A DNA stretch of 64,000 nt from an uncultured Verrucomicrobiae bacterium (GTDB lineage: Bacteria > Verrucomicrobiota > Verrucomicrobiia > Chthoniobacterales > UBA10450): the NCBI GenBank assembly GCA_963834385.1, contig CAWIBO010000002.1, forward strand, positions 448,001 through 512,000. The letters are read 5' to 3'. Each line of letters opens with the position of its first letter. The first letter of the stretch is position 1. Below, piece by piece: positions 48,664 through 58,338 of this stretch. A program made the position numbers and the translations under genes. Under the pieces are notes generated by a model. It saw nothing but the letters and a program-made list of their open reading frames with translations, did no database searches and had not been told where the DNA came from.

Positions 48664-50864
48664 TCAGCGGATCAGCTTCTCGAGCGACGGATCAGCCTCG
48701 GCCCCGAGCGAGGTGGCCCTGGCGTAATGCTGCTTGGCCAGTTCCTTGGCCGGCGGATCGCCCGTGGCATAGATGACCGCGAGGTTGAAATGCGCATCGG
48801 CGTAATCGGGGTTCACCTTGATCGCCTCGAGCATTTCCTTCTCGGCCGCCTCCTGCCACCCTTTCTGGCTGGCGGTGATGCCAAGGTAATTGTGGGCGGT
48901 GGCGCTCTGCGGGTTGATGGCCAGGGCGCGGGTCAGCGCATTGAGCGCATCATCAAATTTGGCCTGGCGATAATAAACGATGCCCAGCGTCGTGTGCGAA
49001 AACTCATCCTTGGGCGCAAGCGCGATCGCCTTCTTCAGGGTCAGCTCAGCGGCCTTCAGTTTGCCGGTGCGGAACAGAACCACGCCAAGATTGGAGAGCG
49101 CGTAAAGATTGTTCGGCGCCTTGGCCAGGATCTCCTGGTACTGGCGCTCGGCGTTGCGAAACTTGCCGCGATCAAAGTTCTGCTTGGCCTCGCGCGCCAC
49201 CGGGACGAGGTCGGCCGGCACCCCGGGGATGGAGGTTTCCACGTTCGGGCCCGGCACGGCCGGCGCGGGGGCGGCGCCTGACGGATCCGGTGCCGCCGGA
49301 AGATCGGTGGTGTTCTTGGCCACGGCGAAGCTCGCTGTCACCCCGACCGGGTTGCTGTCGGAAATGGTCACGACCGGCTGGCGCAGGAGGGCCAGTTCCT
49401 CGTCGCTCAGCTTGGTGATCGGCGAAGCGAGCAGCTCGACCTGTTGATCGAGCACCTCGGATTTTACCTGCAGCTTGTCGAGCTCGGCCAGCATCAGCTT
49501 CTTGGCCTGCTCGCGCCGGGCTTCCTGCTGGCGCTCACGCATGACGATGCCCCGCAGCAGTTCGTTCTCCTTGACCAGCCGCGCGGTTTCTTCCGAGCTG
49601 GCGCCCTTGAGCCGGGCGGTTTCCAGTTCGGCCGCGGTGGTATCAAGCTGGGAACGGAGTTCCGCCACCGTCAGCTCGAAGTCCTGGTTCTGTTTCTGGC
49701 TGACGGCCAGCTGCTGGCGCAGCTCCTCGAGCTGGCGTTTCACTTCCACCAGTTCCTTTTCCTTCTCCGGCGCGCCCTCGCCAATTTCCCGCATCGTCTT
49801 TTCCGCGTCGGCCAGTTTCTGTTTCAGGCCACTGTTCTCAGTGATCAGGACCTGCACCCGCTCGACGGCGTCCCTGGAGCCCTGCAATTGCGCGATGGCG
49901 GCGTCACGCTCCAGCTTCATGGCCGCGACCTCCTTGCCGGCCTCGGTCAGCTTGTCCGCCGCGGCGAGCCGCTCCTTTTCCGCGGCCGACTTGGAAGCCT
50001 CCGCGGTCGCCAGCGCCTGTTTCAACTGCGTGATCTCATCGCGCAAGGCCGCCTGCGCTTTGCTTTCGTCCTTCCCGGCCGCCTCCAGCTTTTGCAGGGT
50101 GCCCTGCGCCCGGGCCAGTTCATCGCGCACGACCCTTTCAGCCCCCCGCGTTTTCTCCAGCTCCTTCTGCGCCGTCTCCAGCTTTGAATTGGTTTCCGCC
50201 AGCCTGCCCGCCGCTGACTCGCGCTCCTTCTGCGCCGTGTTCAATTCCGTGCGCGATTTCTGCAACTCCGCCTGCAGCTCGTCCACCTTTGTCTGCAACT
50301 GGCGCGTCGCTTCCTTGATCGCCGCCTCATTCACCGGCGCGGGCGTGGCCACGGGAATCTGCGCCACCGGCGGCGGGGTGGCGGCCGGGCGCGACTCGGC
50401 CACCGGCGGACGCACTTCGGCCGGACGGGACGGCACGAGTTCGACATTTGGCTCGGCCGATCCGGCGGCGCGCGGAAGCGGCGGGGAGGTAATATCACTG
50501 GGCGACGCCACCCCTTGTGCCGCCGCCGGGGCGGGCGCCGGCTGGGCGGTCACGGCCAGGTCCTTCTGGGTGCCCAGCTTCCCTTCCACCCGCAGGATGC
50601 TCTCGCTGATCTTGCGGCTGCGGTACTCGACGATCGCGGGCTGCCAGTCGCCATGTTTCTTGCGCAACTCTTCCAGGAGACTGCCGGCAAAACGGAACTT
50701 GGTCAGCGCGGGCCCAAACTGGTTCTCGTTCTCAAGTTTCTCGCCCTGCTGGGCCGTCATGTAGGCCTTGAGAAAGACCTCGCTCGGGTCCTCCCCCTGC
50801 GCCTGGAGGCCGGGGGCGAAAAAAAGGTGATTCCGGTGAGGAAAACGAGACCGAATCTGTTCAT
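48664..50864 (-). CDS. Exported long coiled-coil plus C-terminal TPR protein; probable -1 error in the T7 run at 50819-50825
   Basis: MNRFGLVFLTGITFF joins FAPGLQAQGEDPSEVFLKAY; Pro-rich linker, ~330-aa coiled coil, about 5 TPRs. Confidence 0.8.
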
Positions 50865-51017
50865 GGGGAAGCTGAAAGCGATGATAACCGACGAGGGCGG
50901 AGTTGCAATCGCCGGCTGCCATTCCTTCGAAGAGCGGCCAGCGTGCCACGGAGCGCGCGGAGAGCTTTCCCATTGCAAAACGGCGGGGCAAAACTAGTGT
51001 CCGAGGCTCTTCAAGAC

Positions 51018-51090
51018 GGTGGCCATAGCTCAATGGTAGAGCTCCAGATTGTGATTCTGGCTGTTGCGGGTTCGAGTCCCGTTGGCCACC
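51018..51090 (+). tRNA. tRNA-His(GUG) with G-1; CCA not encoded
   Basis: Acceptor GTGGCCA/TGGCCAC, anticodon GTG at 51051-51053, T-loop GGTTCGAG. Confidence 0.96.
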
Positions 51091-51195
51091 CCTTTCCTTC
51101 CCGGGGCGGCCCCGGCGCCACCCTCGCTCTTTCGCCACGGAGACCGGCCAATCCGCCCCTCATCTTACCTCCGACGATCCGCCGGCGCGGGGAGA

Positions 51196-51211
51196 TGGCA
51201 CGCGCGCTGCT
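51196..51211 (+). promoter_or_regulatory. Sigma54-type promoter
   Basis: TGGCACGCGCGCTGCT; predicted +1 near 51222, next to ATG 51223. Confidence 0.6.
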
Positions 51212-51222
51212 AAAAGGCTCGC

Positions 51223-51384
51223 ATGAATCCATTGCTCTCCTTTGTTCCCGCGCCTTTCACGGCCGATTTCTGGCAGCAGATCGCCTCCAACGATGCGCTG
51301 GCCGAGTGTTCGCCGCTGGAAAAGATCCTGGCCGGGTGCGAGATCATCGCCGCGGCGGACGAAGTCGACCTGCTCGCGGCCTGA
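51223..51384 (+). CDS. 53-aa acidic small protein, below the ORF-track cutoff
   Basis: MNPLLSFVPAPFTADFWQQIASNDALAECSPLEKILAGCEIIAAADEVDLLAA; GC3-rich codons; preceded by a sigma54 box. Confidence 0.6.
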   Translation: MNPLLSFVPAPFTADFWQQIASNDALAECSPLEKILAGCEIIAAADEVDLLAA

Positions 51385-51408
51385 GGCGCAGCGCCCCGCA
51401 AAAGTTGC

Positions 51409-51433
51409 GAGGGTTTTTCGTTCCCGCCTCGTT
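51409..51433 (+). promoter_or_regulatory. Putative ECF (CnrH-like) promoter 1
   Basis: GAGGG-N15-TCGTT, 12 nt before ATG 51446. Confidence 0.7.
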
Positions 51434-51445
51434 TATGCTGAGGTG

Positions 51446-51766
51446 ATGAACGAAGCCGACCTGAACGAATCGCTGCGGCAACTGGGCCGGGGAGCCGCTC
51501 TCCCCGCGACTTTCGCCCCAAACGTCTGGCGCGAGATCCGGCAGCGCCGTGAGGCCGAGCCGGCGGGATGGGGCTGGCTTACCTTCTTTTTGTCCGAGCC
51601 GCGCACGGTGGCCGCCTGTCTCTGTGCGGCGCTCCTGCTGGGCATCGGTTCGGCCCGTCTGGCGGGCCCCGGCCCCCGGGACAAGGCCAATGCCGCGCTC
51701 GAGCTGGGCGTTTTCCGCGCAGATTCGCCGGCCCTGCCCGCCACCCTGCTTTCCGGGCGCCTATGA
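51446..51766 (+). CDS. Single-TM anti-sigma factor (CnrY-like)
   Basis: F..NVWREI, one TM helix, C-terminal LGVF...PALPATLL; first gene of a YXH-type cassette. Confidence 0.7.
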   Translation: MNEADLNESLRQLGRGAALPATFAPNVWREIRQRREAEPAGWGWLTFFLSEPRTVAACLCAALLLGIGSARLAGPGPRDKANAALELGVFRADSPALPATLLSGRL

Positions 51767-52212
51767 AGCGGCTCGGCCCGGCGGTGGCTTTGCTCGTGGC
51801 GGTGGCGCTGGTCGCGGCCGCCGCCTGCTGGATCACCCTCCGCCTGGTCGAACGCGAAAAACATCAGCCGCACGATGAGGCCCACGCCTGGATTCACGCG
51901 CAGCTCGGGTTGACCGCGGAACAGGAACAGGCGCTCGCCCCCATCGAGGAACGTTTCGACCGGCAACGCCGCGACGCCATGGAATCGATCCGGCTGGCCA
52001 ACATGGAACTGGCGGAAGCGATCCTGGCCGAGGGGAAGGCTTCGCCGCGAGTCGAGGCGGCCATGGAAAAAATCCACCAGGCACAGGGAAACCTGCAACA
52101 GGCCACGCTGCGCCACGTCTTCGAGATGAAGCCGGTCTTGTCCGCCGCCCAGTATCAAAAACTCCTGAATCTGACTGCAAACGCGCTCTATGAGGTGGAT
52201 CATGCGCGATGA
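51763..52212 (+). CDS. Periplasmic Ni/Co sensor (CnrX/NccX-like)
   Basis: N-terminal TM, HAWIH, IEERF, LQQATLRHVFEM. Confidence 0.85.
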   Translation: MKRLGPAVALLVAVALVAAAACWITLRLVEREKHQPHDEAHAWIHAQLGLTAEQEQALAPIEERFDRQRRDAMESIRLANMELAEAILAEGKASPRVEAAMEKIHQAQGNLQQATLRHVFEMKPVLSAAQYQKLLNLTANALYEVDHAR

Positions 52213-52793
52213 CCGCCGCCCCGCCGGACGCTGATCTCGCGCTGGTGCGCGCCTTGCAGGCCGGCGACGATTCCGCGCTGGACGAGCTGATGGCGCGGCA
52301 CCGCGACCCGCTCTTCCGGTTTATTCTTCGCTACGTGGGCAACGAGGCCGACGCCGTCGAACTCGCGCAGGAGGCGTTCGTCCGGGCCTATTTTGCGATC
52401 GGCCGGTTCAAACCGCGCGCCCGGTTCACCACCTGGCTGCACCAGATCGCGCTCAATCTCTGCCGCGACCATGCCCGGAGTCGCCGGGTCCGCGAGGCCG
52501 CCCGGACCGACCCGCTTGAGCCGTCTGGTCCCGGAGAATACCCGCTTGATCCGGTCTCACCCGCCCCCTCGCCGCGTGATCAGGCCGCCCAAAGGGAGAA
52601 ACTGGCCGCGGTCGCCCGGGGGGTGGCGCAGCTGCCGCACGACCTGCGGGCCGCCTTGATTCTCTCCGCGATGGAACAGCGGAGCCACCAGGAATGCGCC
52701 GAGATCCTCCAGACCACCGCCAAGGCGGTCGAGGTGCGCATTTACCGCGCCCGGCAGCGTCTGCGGGAATGGCTGGACCAGGCCGGTTTTTGA
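52209..52793 (+). CDS. ECF sigma factor (CnrH-like)
   Basis: QEAFVRAY, FTTWLHQIALNLCRD, AVEVRIYRAR. Confidence 0.92.
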   Translation: MTAAPPDADLALVRALQAGDDSALDELMARHRDPLFRFILRYVGNEADAVELAQEAFVRAYFAIGRFKPRARFTTWLHQIALNLCRDHARSRRVREAARTDPLEPSGPGEYPLDPVSPAPSPRDQAAQREKLAAVARGVAQLPHDLRAALILSAMEQRSHQECAEILQTTAKAVEVRIYRARQRLREWLDQAGF

Positions 52794-52816
52794 GGGAACC
52801 CCGCCCCGGCATCGTT
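52792..52816 (+). promoter_or_regulatory. Putative ECF promoter 2
   Basis: GAGGG-N15-TCGTT, 10 nt before ATG 52827. Confidence 0.7.
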
Positions 52817-52826
52817 CAAGGAAACG

Positions 52827-54071
52827 ATGCGCTGCCGGTTTCTCCTCCTGCTCCTGCTTTTCCCGGCCGTGGCCGTCCGGGCACCGGCCCTCACGCTGGA
52901 CGAAGCGCTCAGGCTTTCGCTGCGACACAACCCGGAGATCGCGAATCTCGACGCCCGCCTCGCGGACAAACTTGGGACGGCCCTCGAAATCGAGGCGAAA
53001 AAGAATCCTGAGTTCAAGATCACCAACGCCCGCGCCAGCGAACCCGCAGGGCGCGGTCACTTTTTCGAGGCGGAACTCGAGAACACACTGCGGCCCTCCG
53101 ATTTTGGATTGCGTTCCACCTATGCGGCGGCGTTGCGGAGCGCGGCCGGCCTCGAGCAGCAGGCCGAGCTGCTCCGGATTCTCAACGAGACCGCCCGCCT
53201 CTATTATCGAGTCTGGGCCCTGCAGGAGCGCGTCGGCCTTCTGCAAGGAGCGTCGGGAGAAGCCCGCACGGTCCTTGACATTCTCACCGGGCAACTGGAG
53301 GCGGGCCAGAGCAGCCAGGCGCAACAAAGCATTTTCACCGCGGAAGAGCGGCGCTTCGCCGCCGACCTGGCCGCGACGCGGGCCGAGCTGACCACAGCCC
53401 GGATCGAGTTGCAGCGCGCGACCGGTCTGTTCTCCCGGACCTTGCGCGTGGCGCCCGTCTCCCTTTCGCCCATCCCGGACACGTTTGCGCTGAGCGCATT
53501 CGCCGAGACCCGGGCCGGCCTGAGGCAACTGGCGGAAGCGCGCCGGGCCGCCGCCGTCCGGGCAGTGCAGGTGGCCCGGGCCGATGGCATCTACCCCGAA
53601 ATCGCGCCCGGGATTATTTACAGCCGCAACGGCGAACGGCGTGAATCGGAGATCGGCTTCACCGTCGCCGGTCGACTCCCGATCTGGGACCGTAACGAGG
53701 GCGCCGTTGTTCGCGCCCGGGGCGAACTGGCGGCCGCCGAACGCGACCTGGCGGCACTGGACCGCGTCACGCTCGATCGGCTCATTGAATCCCGGCGCGC
53801 GGAGGCACTGGCCCGGCAACGGCGTGCCGTCGCCTTTCGCACCGAGGTTCTCCCGGCCTACCGCGAGGCATACCAGGCGACCCTGGCGCAATTCCGGGCC
53901 GGGCAGGTTTCCGCACTCCAGCTTTTCGAGGTCCAGAAAAGCCTGGTGGAAAACCAGGAACAAGGCTTTGCCCATGCGCTTGATGCGCTGCAGGCGCGGC
54001 TGGAACTCGAGCGCCTGATCGGCGGCAAGATCGAGGAAGTCACCGTTCGTTCGCCTGCCGGAGGAAAATAA
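52827..54071 (+). CDS. Outer membrane efflux protein (TolC/CzcC/CnrC family)
   Basis: LTLDEAL...HNP, LPIWDRNEG, helical repeats. Confidence 0.88.
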   Translation: MRCRFLLLLLLFPAVAVRAPALTLDEALRLSLRHNPEIANLDARLADKLGTALEIEAKKNPEFKITNARASEPAGRGHFFEAELENTLRPSDFGLRSTYAAALRSAAGLEQQAELLRILNETARLYYRVWALQERVGLLQGASGEARTVLDILTGQLEAGQSSQAQQSIFTAEERRFAADLAATRAELTTARIELQRATGLFSRTLRVAPVSLSPIPDTFALSAFAETRAGLRQLAEARRAAAVRAVQVARADGIYPEIAPGIIYSRNGERRESEIGFTVAGRLPIWDRNEGAVVRARGELAAAERDLAALDRVTLDRLIESRRAEALARQRRAVAFRTEVLPAYREAYQATLAQFRAGQVSALQLFEVQKSLVENQEQGFAHALDALQARLELERLIGGKIEEVTVRSPAGGK

Positions 54072-55150
54072 TGCGCCAGCTTTTCATCTTCATCATTCTC
54101 CTCGGGCTCGCCGCGCCAGCGCGGCTGACCGCGCATGAGGGACACGATCACAGTGCCGATCTCGCCGCGGAACCAACCGGCACGGGGCCCATTACCCTGA
54201 CCGAAGAGACGATTCGCAACCTCGACGTCCAGACGGAGGAGGCGCAACTGGCCCCCTTGCAGGCGACCCTGGCCATGCCGGCTCGCATTGAGGGCCTGCC
54301 TGAGCGTCACGCCAAAATTTCACCCCGCGCCGAAGGGCGCGTCGTCGAGATCCTGGCCAAGCTCGGCGACCGGGTGGTAAAAGACCAGCCGCTGCTCCGG
54401 TTCCAGCCTCTCTTGGTCGGTAATCCCGAAGTGGTGATAAAGTCGCCCATCGATGGCCAGGTCGTGCGCCAGGATGCCAGTCTCGGCCAGATGCTCACGC
54501 CCGAAACCACCCTGATGGAAGTGGCCGACCATCGCGAAGTGCTGGCCCGGGCCATGAGTTTTGAGCGGAGCGAACTCACCCAGATCCAGACCGGGCAACC
54601 GGCCCGGGTGCGGCTCGATGTTTTCGGCGACCGGATTTTCGAAGGTCGCGTCCAGCGACTTGATGTCGGCATGGCCCGGGAGAGCCGCGTCTTCGAGGTT
54701 TTTGTTCTGCTCGAGAACCCGGAACTGATGCTTCGCCCAAACATGCAGGCAACCGTCTTGCTCGGTCTGGGCGAAGCGCAGGAGGTGCTCTCCGTACCGG
54801 AGCGGGCGCTCCTCGGGGAGATGGGCAACTTTTTCGTTTTTATCCGGAACGGCAGTGCCTTCGAGCGGCGGGCGGTGGTGCTCGGTCTGCGCACGGGCGA
54901 CCGGGCCGAGATTCTCGAGGGCGTCCTGCCGGGCGAACAGGTGGTGACGCAGGGCGGCTACCAGATCCAGTTCGCGACCGCGGCCCCGGCCGCCGCGGAA
55001 GATGAACACGGGCACGAGCACGGGGAGGAGGGCGGCGCCGAACATTCCCACGCACCACCGTGGGCCTGGGCGATCGGCGGTTTCGCCGCCGGCGCTTTGC
55101 TTTTCGGCTGGCTGCTCCGGCGTTCCCCCGCACCCGGTCTCGAGAACTGA
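54071..55150 (+). CDS. Periplasmic adaptor subunit (CzcB/CusB family), atypical architecture
   Basis: ISPRAEGRV, IKSPIDG, LRPNM, VPERAL, GVLPGEQVVTQG; His-rich N- and C-termini; C-terminal TM. Confidence 0.88.
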   Translation: MRQLFIFIILLGLAAPARLTAHEGHDHSADLAAEPTGTGPITLTEETIRNLDVQTEEAQLAPLQATLAMPARIEGLPERHAKISPRAEGRVVEILAKLGDRVVKDQPLLRFQPLLVGNPEVVIKSPIDGQVVRQDASLGQMLTPETTLMEVADHREVLARAMSFERSELTQIQTGQPARVRLDVFGDRIFEGRVQRLDVGMARESRVFEVFVLLENPELMLRPNMQATVLLGLGEAQEVLSVPERALLGEMGNFFVFIRNGSAFERRAVVLGLRTGDRAEILEGVLPGEQVVTQGGYQIQFATAAPAAAEDEHGHEHGEEGGAEHSHAPPWAWAIGGFAAGALLFGWLLRRSPAPGLEN

Positions 55151-58100
55151 TGTTCGACCGGCTGATCGAGTTTTCCCTCCGGAACCGGCTCCTCGTCGTG
55201 GCCGGCGCGGCGCTGCTTACGGCGTATTGCGGCTACGTCGCCAGCACCCTGCCGATTGACGTCTTTCCCGACCTGAACCGCCCCACGGTGACGATCTTCA
55301 CCGAGGCCGGCGGACTGGCCCCGGAGGAAGCGGAATCACTTGTCACCTTCCCGATCGAAAGCGCCATGAACGGCGCCTCGGGGGTGGAACGCGTCCGCTC
55401 GGTCTCCAGCGCCGGCCTCAGCATCGTCTTCGTCGAGTTCGGTTTCGACTGGGACATCTACCTCGCGCGCCAGGTGGTGACGGAACGTCTCCAGCAGGTC
55501 TCCGCGACCCTGCCGGAGGGGATCAAGCCTGTCCTCGCGCCGATTGCCTCGATCATGGGCGAGATCATGCTCGTCGGCCTCACAAGCGACAATCCGAAGG
55601 TGGACGCGATGGAGCTGCGCTCGATCGCCGATTGGCAGGTGCGGCAGCGTCTGCTTTCCCTGTCCGGCATCGCGCAGATCACGGTCATCGGCGGGATGCA
55701 AAAGCAATTTCAGGTGCTGCTCGATCCGTTCAAGATGCGCCATTTCGGCATCACCCTGCACCAGGTGGAGGAGGCGGTGCGCGCAGCCAACGTGAATTCC
55801 ACCGGCGGTTTCCTCCTCGGGCCCAACACCGAGACGATGATCCGGCTGCTTGGGCGCGTGCAGACCCTGGAGGATCTGGCGGGGTCAATTGTGCCCACGG
55901 CGGACGCGCGCGAGCTTTCACCCACCCTCGCCGATGTGGCGGAGGTGAGGCTGGGCGGTCCCATTGCCCGGCGTGGTGATGCGGGCGTCAACGGCCGGCC
56001 GGCCGTGATTCTCTCGGTCCAAAAGCAGCCTGGCGTCGATACGGTGGAACTGACCGAGCGGATCGAACGGGAACTGGCCGCCATTCAGCGCGGCCTGCCC
56101 GAGGCCGTCAAAATCCATGGGAACATCTTTCGCCAGAGCACCTTTATCCGGAACGCCATCGGCAACGTCGAGGAAGCCCTCCGCGACGGCGCTCTCATCG
56201 TGGCGGTGGTGCTCTTCCTCTTCCTGCTCAATTTCCGCACCACCCTCATCACCCTGACGGCGATCCCGGTCTCTCTCCTCGTGACCGCGCTGGTCTTCCG
56301 CCAGTTCGACATCTCGATCAACACCATGACCCTCGGCGGCCTCGCCGTCGCCATCGGCGAGCTGGTTGATGACGCCATTGTCGATGTGGAGAACGTCTTC
56401 CGCCGCCTGCGCGAGAACCGGCAGCTGGCCCAGCCGCGCCCTGCCCTCGAGGTCGTTTATCGCGCCTCGAGCGAAGTCCGAAATTCCATCGTGGTCGCCA
56501 CCGTTATCGTGGTCCTCGTCTTTGTGCCCCTTTTTGCCCTGGGCGGAATTGAAGGCCGGATCTTCGCGCCGCTCGGCATTGCCTACATCACCAGCATCGT
56601 CGCCTCGCTTTTCGTTTCCCTCACCCTGACGCCGGCGCTCTGTTCCTACCTGCTCCCGAAGATGAAGCGGATGGCGCATGCGCGCGACTCCGCCCTTGTG
56701 CGTTTCATCAAGCGCCTGGAGACGCGGGTCCTGGCCTTTGGCTTCAGGCGCTCGAATCTGGTTCTCGCCCTCTTCGCGGTTCTTCTTCTCGCCGCCCTGG
56801 CCACGGTGCCCTTCTTCGGCCGCGAATTCCTGCCCCCTTTCAACGAGGGCAGCCTGACCATCAACGTTTTCACCCCGCCGGGTACGTCCCTGGCTGAGTC
56901 CAACCGGATCGGCGTCATGGCCGAGCGACTTGTTCTCCAGGTCCCCGAGATCAAGGGCACGGGGCGCCGGGTTGGGCGGGCCGAGCTGGATGAACACGCC
57001 GAGGGCGTGCACTACGGCGAGATCGACGCCGAGCTGCGCGAAAGCAGCCGATCCCGCGATGAAATTTTGGGTGATATTCGGGCGCGCCTCGACCAGATCC
57101 CGGGGATCGCCATCAGCATCGGCCAGCCGATTTCACATCGCATCGACCACATGCTCTCCGGAGTCCGTGCGCAGGTGGCAGTAAAAGTTTTTGGCGAGAA
57201 CCTTTCCGTTCTCCGGGACAAGGCCACCGAGGTCGAGAAGGTCATGAAATCGATTCCCGGCATGGTTGACGTGGTGGCGGAGAAACAGGTGCTCGTCCCT
57301 CAGCTCCATGTGCGGATCGACCGGGAACAGGCGCGCAAGTACGGCGTCACCGCCGGGGAGGTCGCGCAGGATGCCGAGATCGCCATGCAGGGCCGCGTCG
57401 TTTCCCAGGTCCTCGAGGGCAGCCGGACCTTTGCCGTGGTTCTGCGGCTCAGGGACGAGGCTCGCGACGATCTCGACGCCCTTGGCCAGGTGCCGATCGA
57501 CTCGGAGAACGGCGTCCTTGTCCCGCTTAATTTCCTGGCCCGGATCGAGCAGGCCAAAGGCCCGAACCAAATCAACCGCGAGAACGTGCAACGCCGGATC
57601 TACGTCGCGGCCAACGTCGCCGGGCGTGACCTCGACAGCGTCGTCCGGGAACTGCAGCAAAAGATCGCGAGCGAAATCGCGCTGCCGCCGGGCTACTACA
57701 TCACCTACGGCGGACAATTCGAGAGCCAGGCCGCCGCCTCGCGCCTGATCGGGGCTCTCAGCATCATCTCGCTCTGCGCCATCTTCCTTGTCCTCTACGC
57801 CTATTTCCGCAGCACCATGTTCGCTCTCCAGATCATGCTCAATATTCCCATGGCCCTGATCGGCTCGATCACGGGGGTCTGGCTCATGGGAGGCACCATG
57901 TCGATCGCCACCCTTGTCGGCTTTATCACCCTAACCGGAATCGCCTCGCGCAACGGCATCATGATGATCTCCCATTACCTCCATCTCATGCGGGAGGAAG
58001 GGGAACGGTTCACCCGCGAGATGATCGTGCGCGGGACACAGGAACGCCTCGTCCCGGTCCTGATGACCGCCCTGACCGCGGGGTTCGCCCTGCTTCCCCT

Positions 58101-58305
58101 CATCGTGGTGGCCGACGCCCCCGGGCGCGAAATCCTGCACCCGGTCGCCGTGGTGATTTTCTGCGGGATTTTTTCCAGCACGCTGCTCGATTTCATTGTT
58201 ACGCCGCTGGTTTTCTGGCGTTTCGGCGGCCGGGCGGTCGCGCGGGCGCTCGCGGCCGATCCGCCGCGCCCGGTCGAGCCGCGTCCGGCGGCGGCGACGG
58301 CCTGA
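55150..58305 (+). CDS. Heavy-metal RND efflux pump (CusA/CzcA/CnrA family)
   Basis: LPIDVFPD, AIGELVDDAIVDVEN, EFLPPFNEG, RLVPVLMTA. Confidence 0.95.
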   Translation: MFDRLIEFSLRNRLLVVAGAALLTAYCGYVASTLPIDVFPDLNRPTVTIFTEAGGLAPEEAESLVTFPIESAMNGASGVERVRSVSSAGLSIVFVEFGFDWDIYLARQVVTERLQQVSATLPEGIKPVLAPIASIMGEIMLVGLTSDNPKVDAMELRSIADWQVRQRLLSLSGIAQITVIGGMQKQFQVLLDPFKMRHFGITLHQVEEAVRAANVNSTGGFLLGPNTETMIRLLGRVQTLEDLAGSIVPTADARELSPTLADVAEVRLGGPIARRGDAGVNGRPAVILSVQKQPGVDTVELTERIERELAAIQRGLPEAVKIHGNIFRQSTFIRNAIGNVEEALRDGALIVAVVLFLFLLNFRTTLITLTAIPVSLLVTALVFRQFDISINTMTLGGLAVAIGELVDDAIVDVENVFRRLRENRQLAQPRPALEVVYRASSEVRNSIVVATVIVVLVFVPLFALGGIEGRIFAPLGIAYITSIVASLFVSLTLTPALCSYLLPKMKRMAHARDSALVRFIKRLETRVLAFGFRRSNLVLALFAVLLLAALATVPFFGREFLPPFNEGSLTINVFTPPGTSLAESNRIGVMAERLVLQVPEIKGTGRRVGRAELDEHAEGVHYGEIDAELRESSRSRDEILGDIRARLDQIPGIAISIGQPISHRIDHMLSGVRAQVAVKVFGENLSVLRDKATEVEKVMKSIPGMVDVVAEKQVLVPQLHVRIDREQARKYGVTAGEVAQDAEIAMQGRVVSQVLEGSRTFAVVLRLRDEARDDLDALGQVPIDSENGVLVPLNFLARIEQAKGPNQINRENVQRRIYVAANVAGRDLDSVVRELQQKIASEIALPPGYYITYGGQFESQAAASRLIGALSIISLCAIFLVLYAYFRSTMFALQIMLNIPMALIGSITGVWLMGGTMSIATLVGFITLTGIASRNGIMMISHYLHLMREEGERFTREMIVRGTQERLVPVLMTALTAGFALLPLIVVADAPGREILHPVAVVIFCGIFSSTLLDFIVTPLVFWRFGGRAVARALAADPPRPVEPRPAAATA

Positions 58306-58328
58306 GGGATTGTTTCGGGAATCTCGTT
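58304..58328 (+). promoter_or_regulatory. Putative ECF promoter 3
   Basis: GAGGG-N15-TCGTT, 10 nt before ATG 58339. Confidence 0.7.
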
Positions 58329-58338
58329 GAAACCTGTA

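Noticed and set aside
50865..51138. N-terminal extension of ORF 48664..51138
   Set aside because: Runs antisense through tRNA-His; the real start is more likely 50864 with a homopolymer frameshift.
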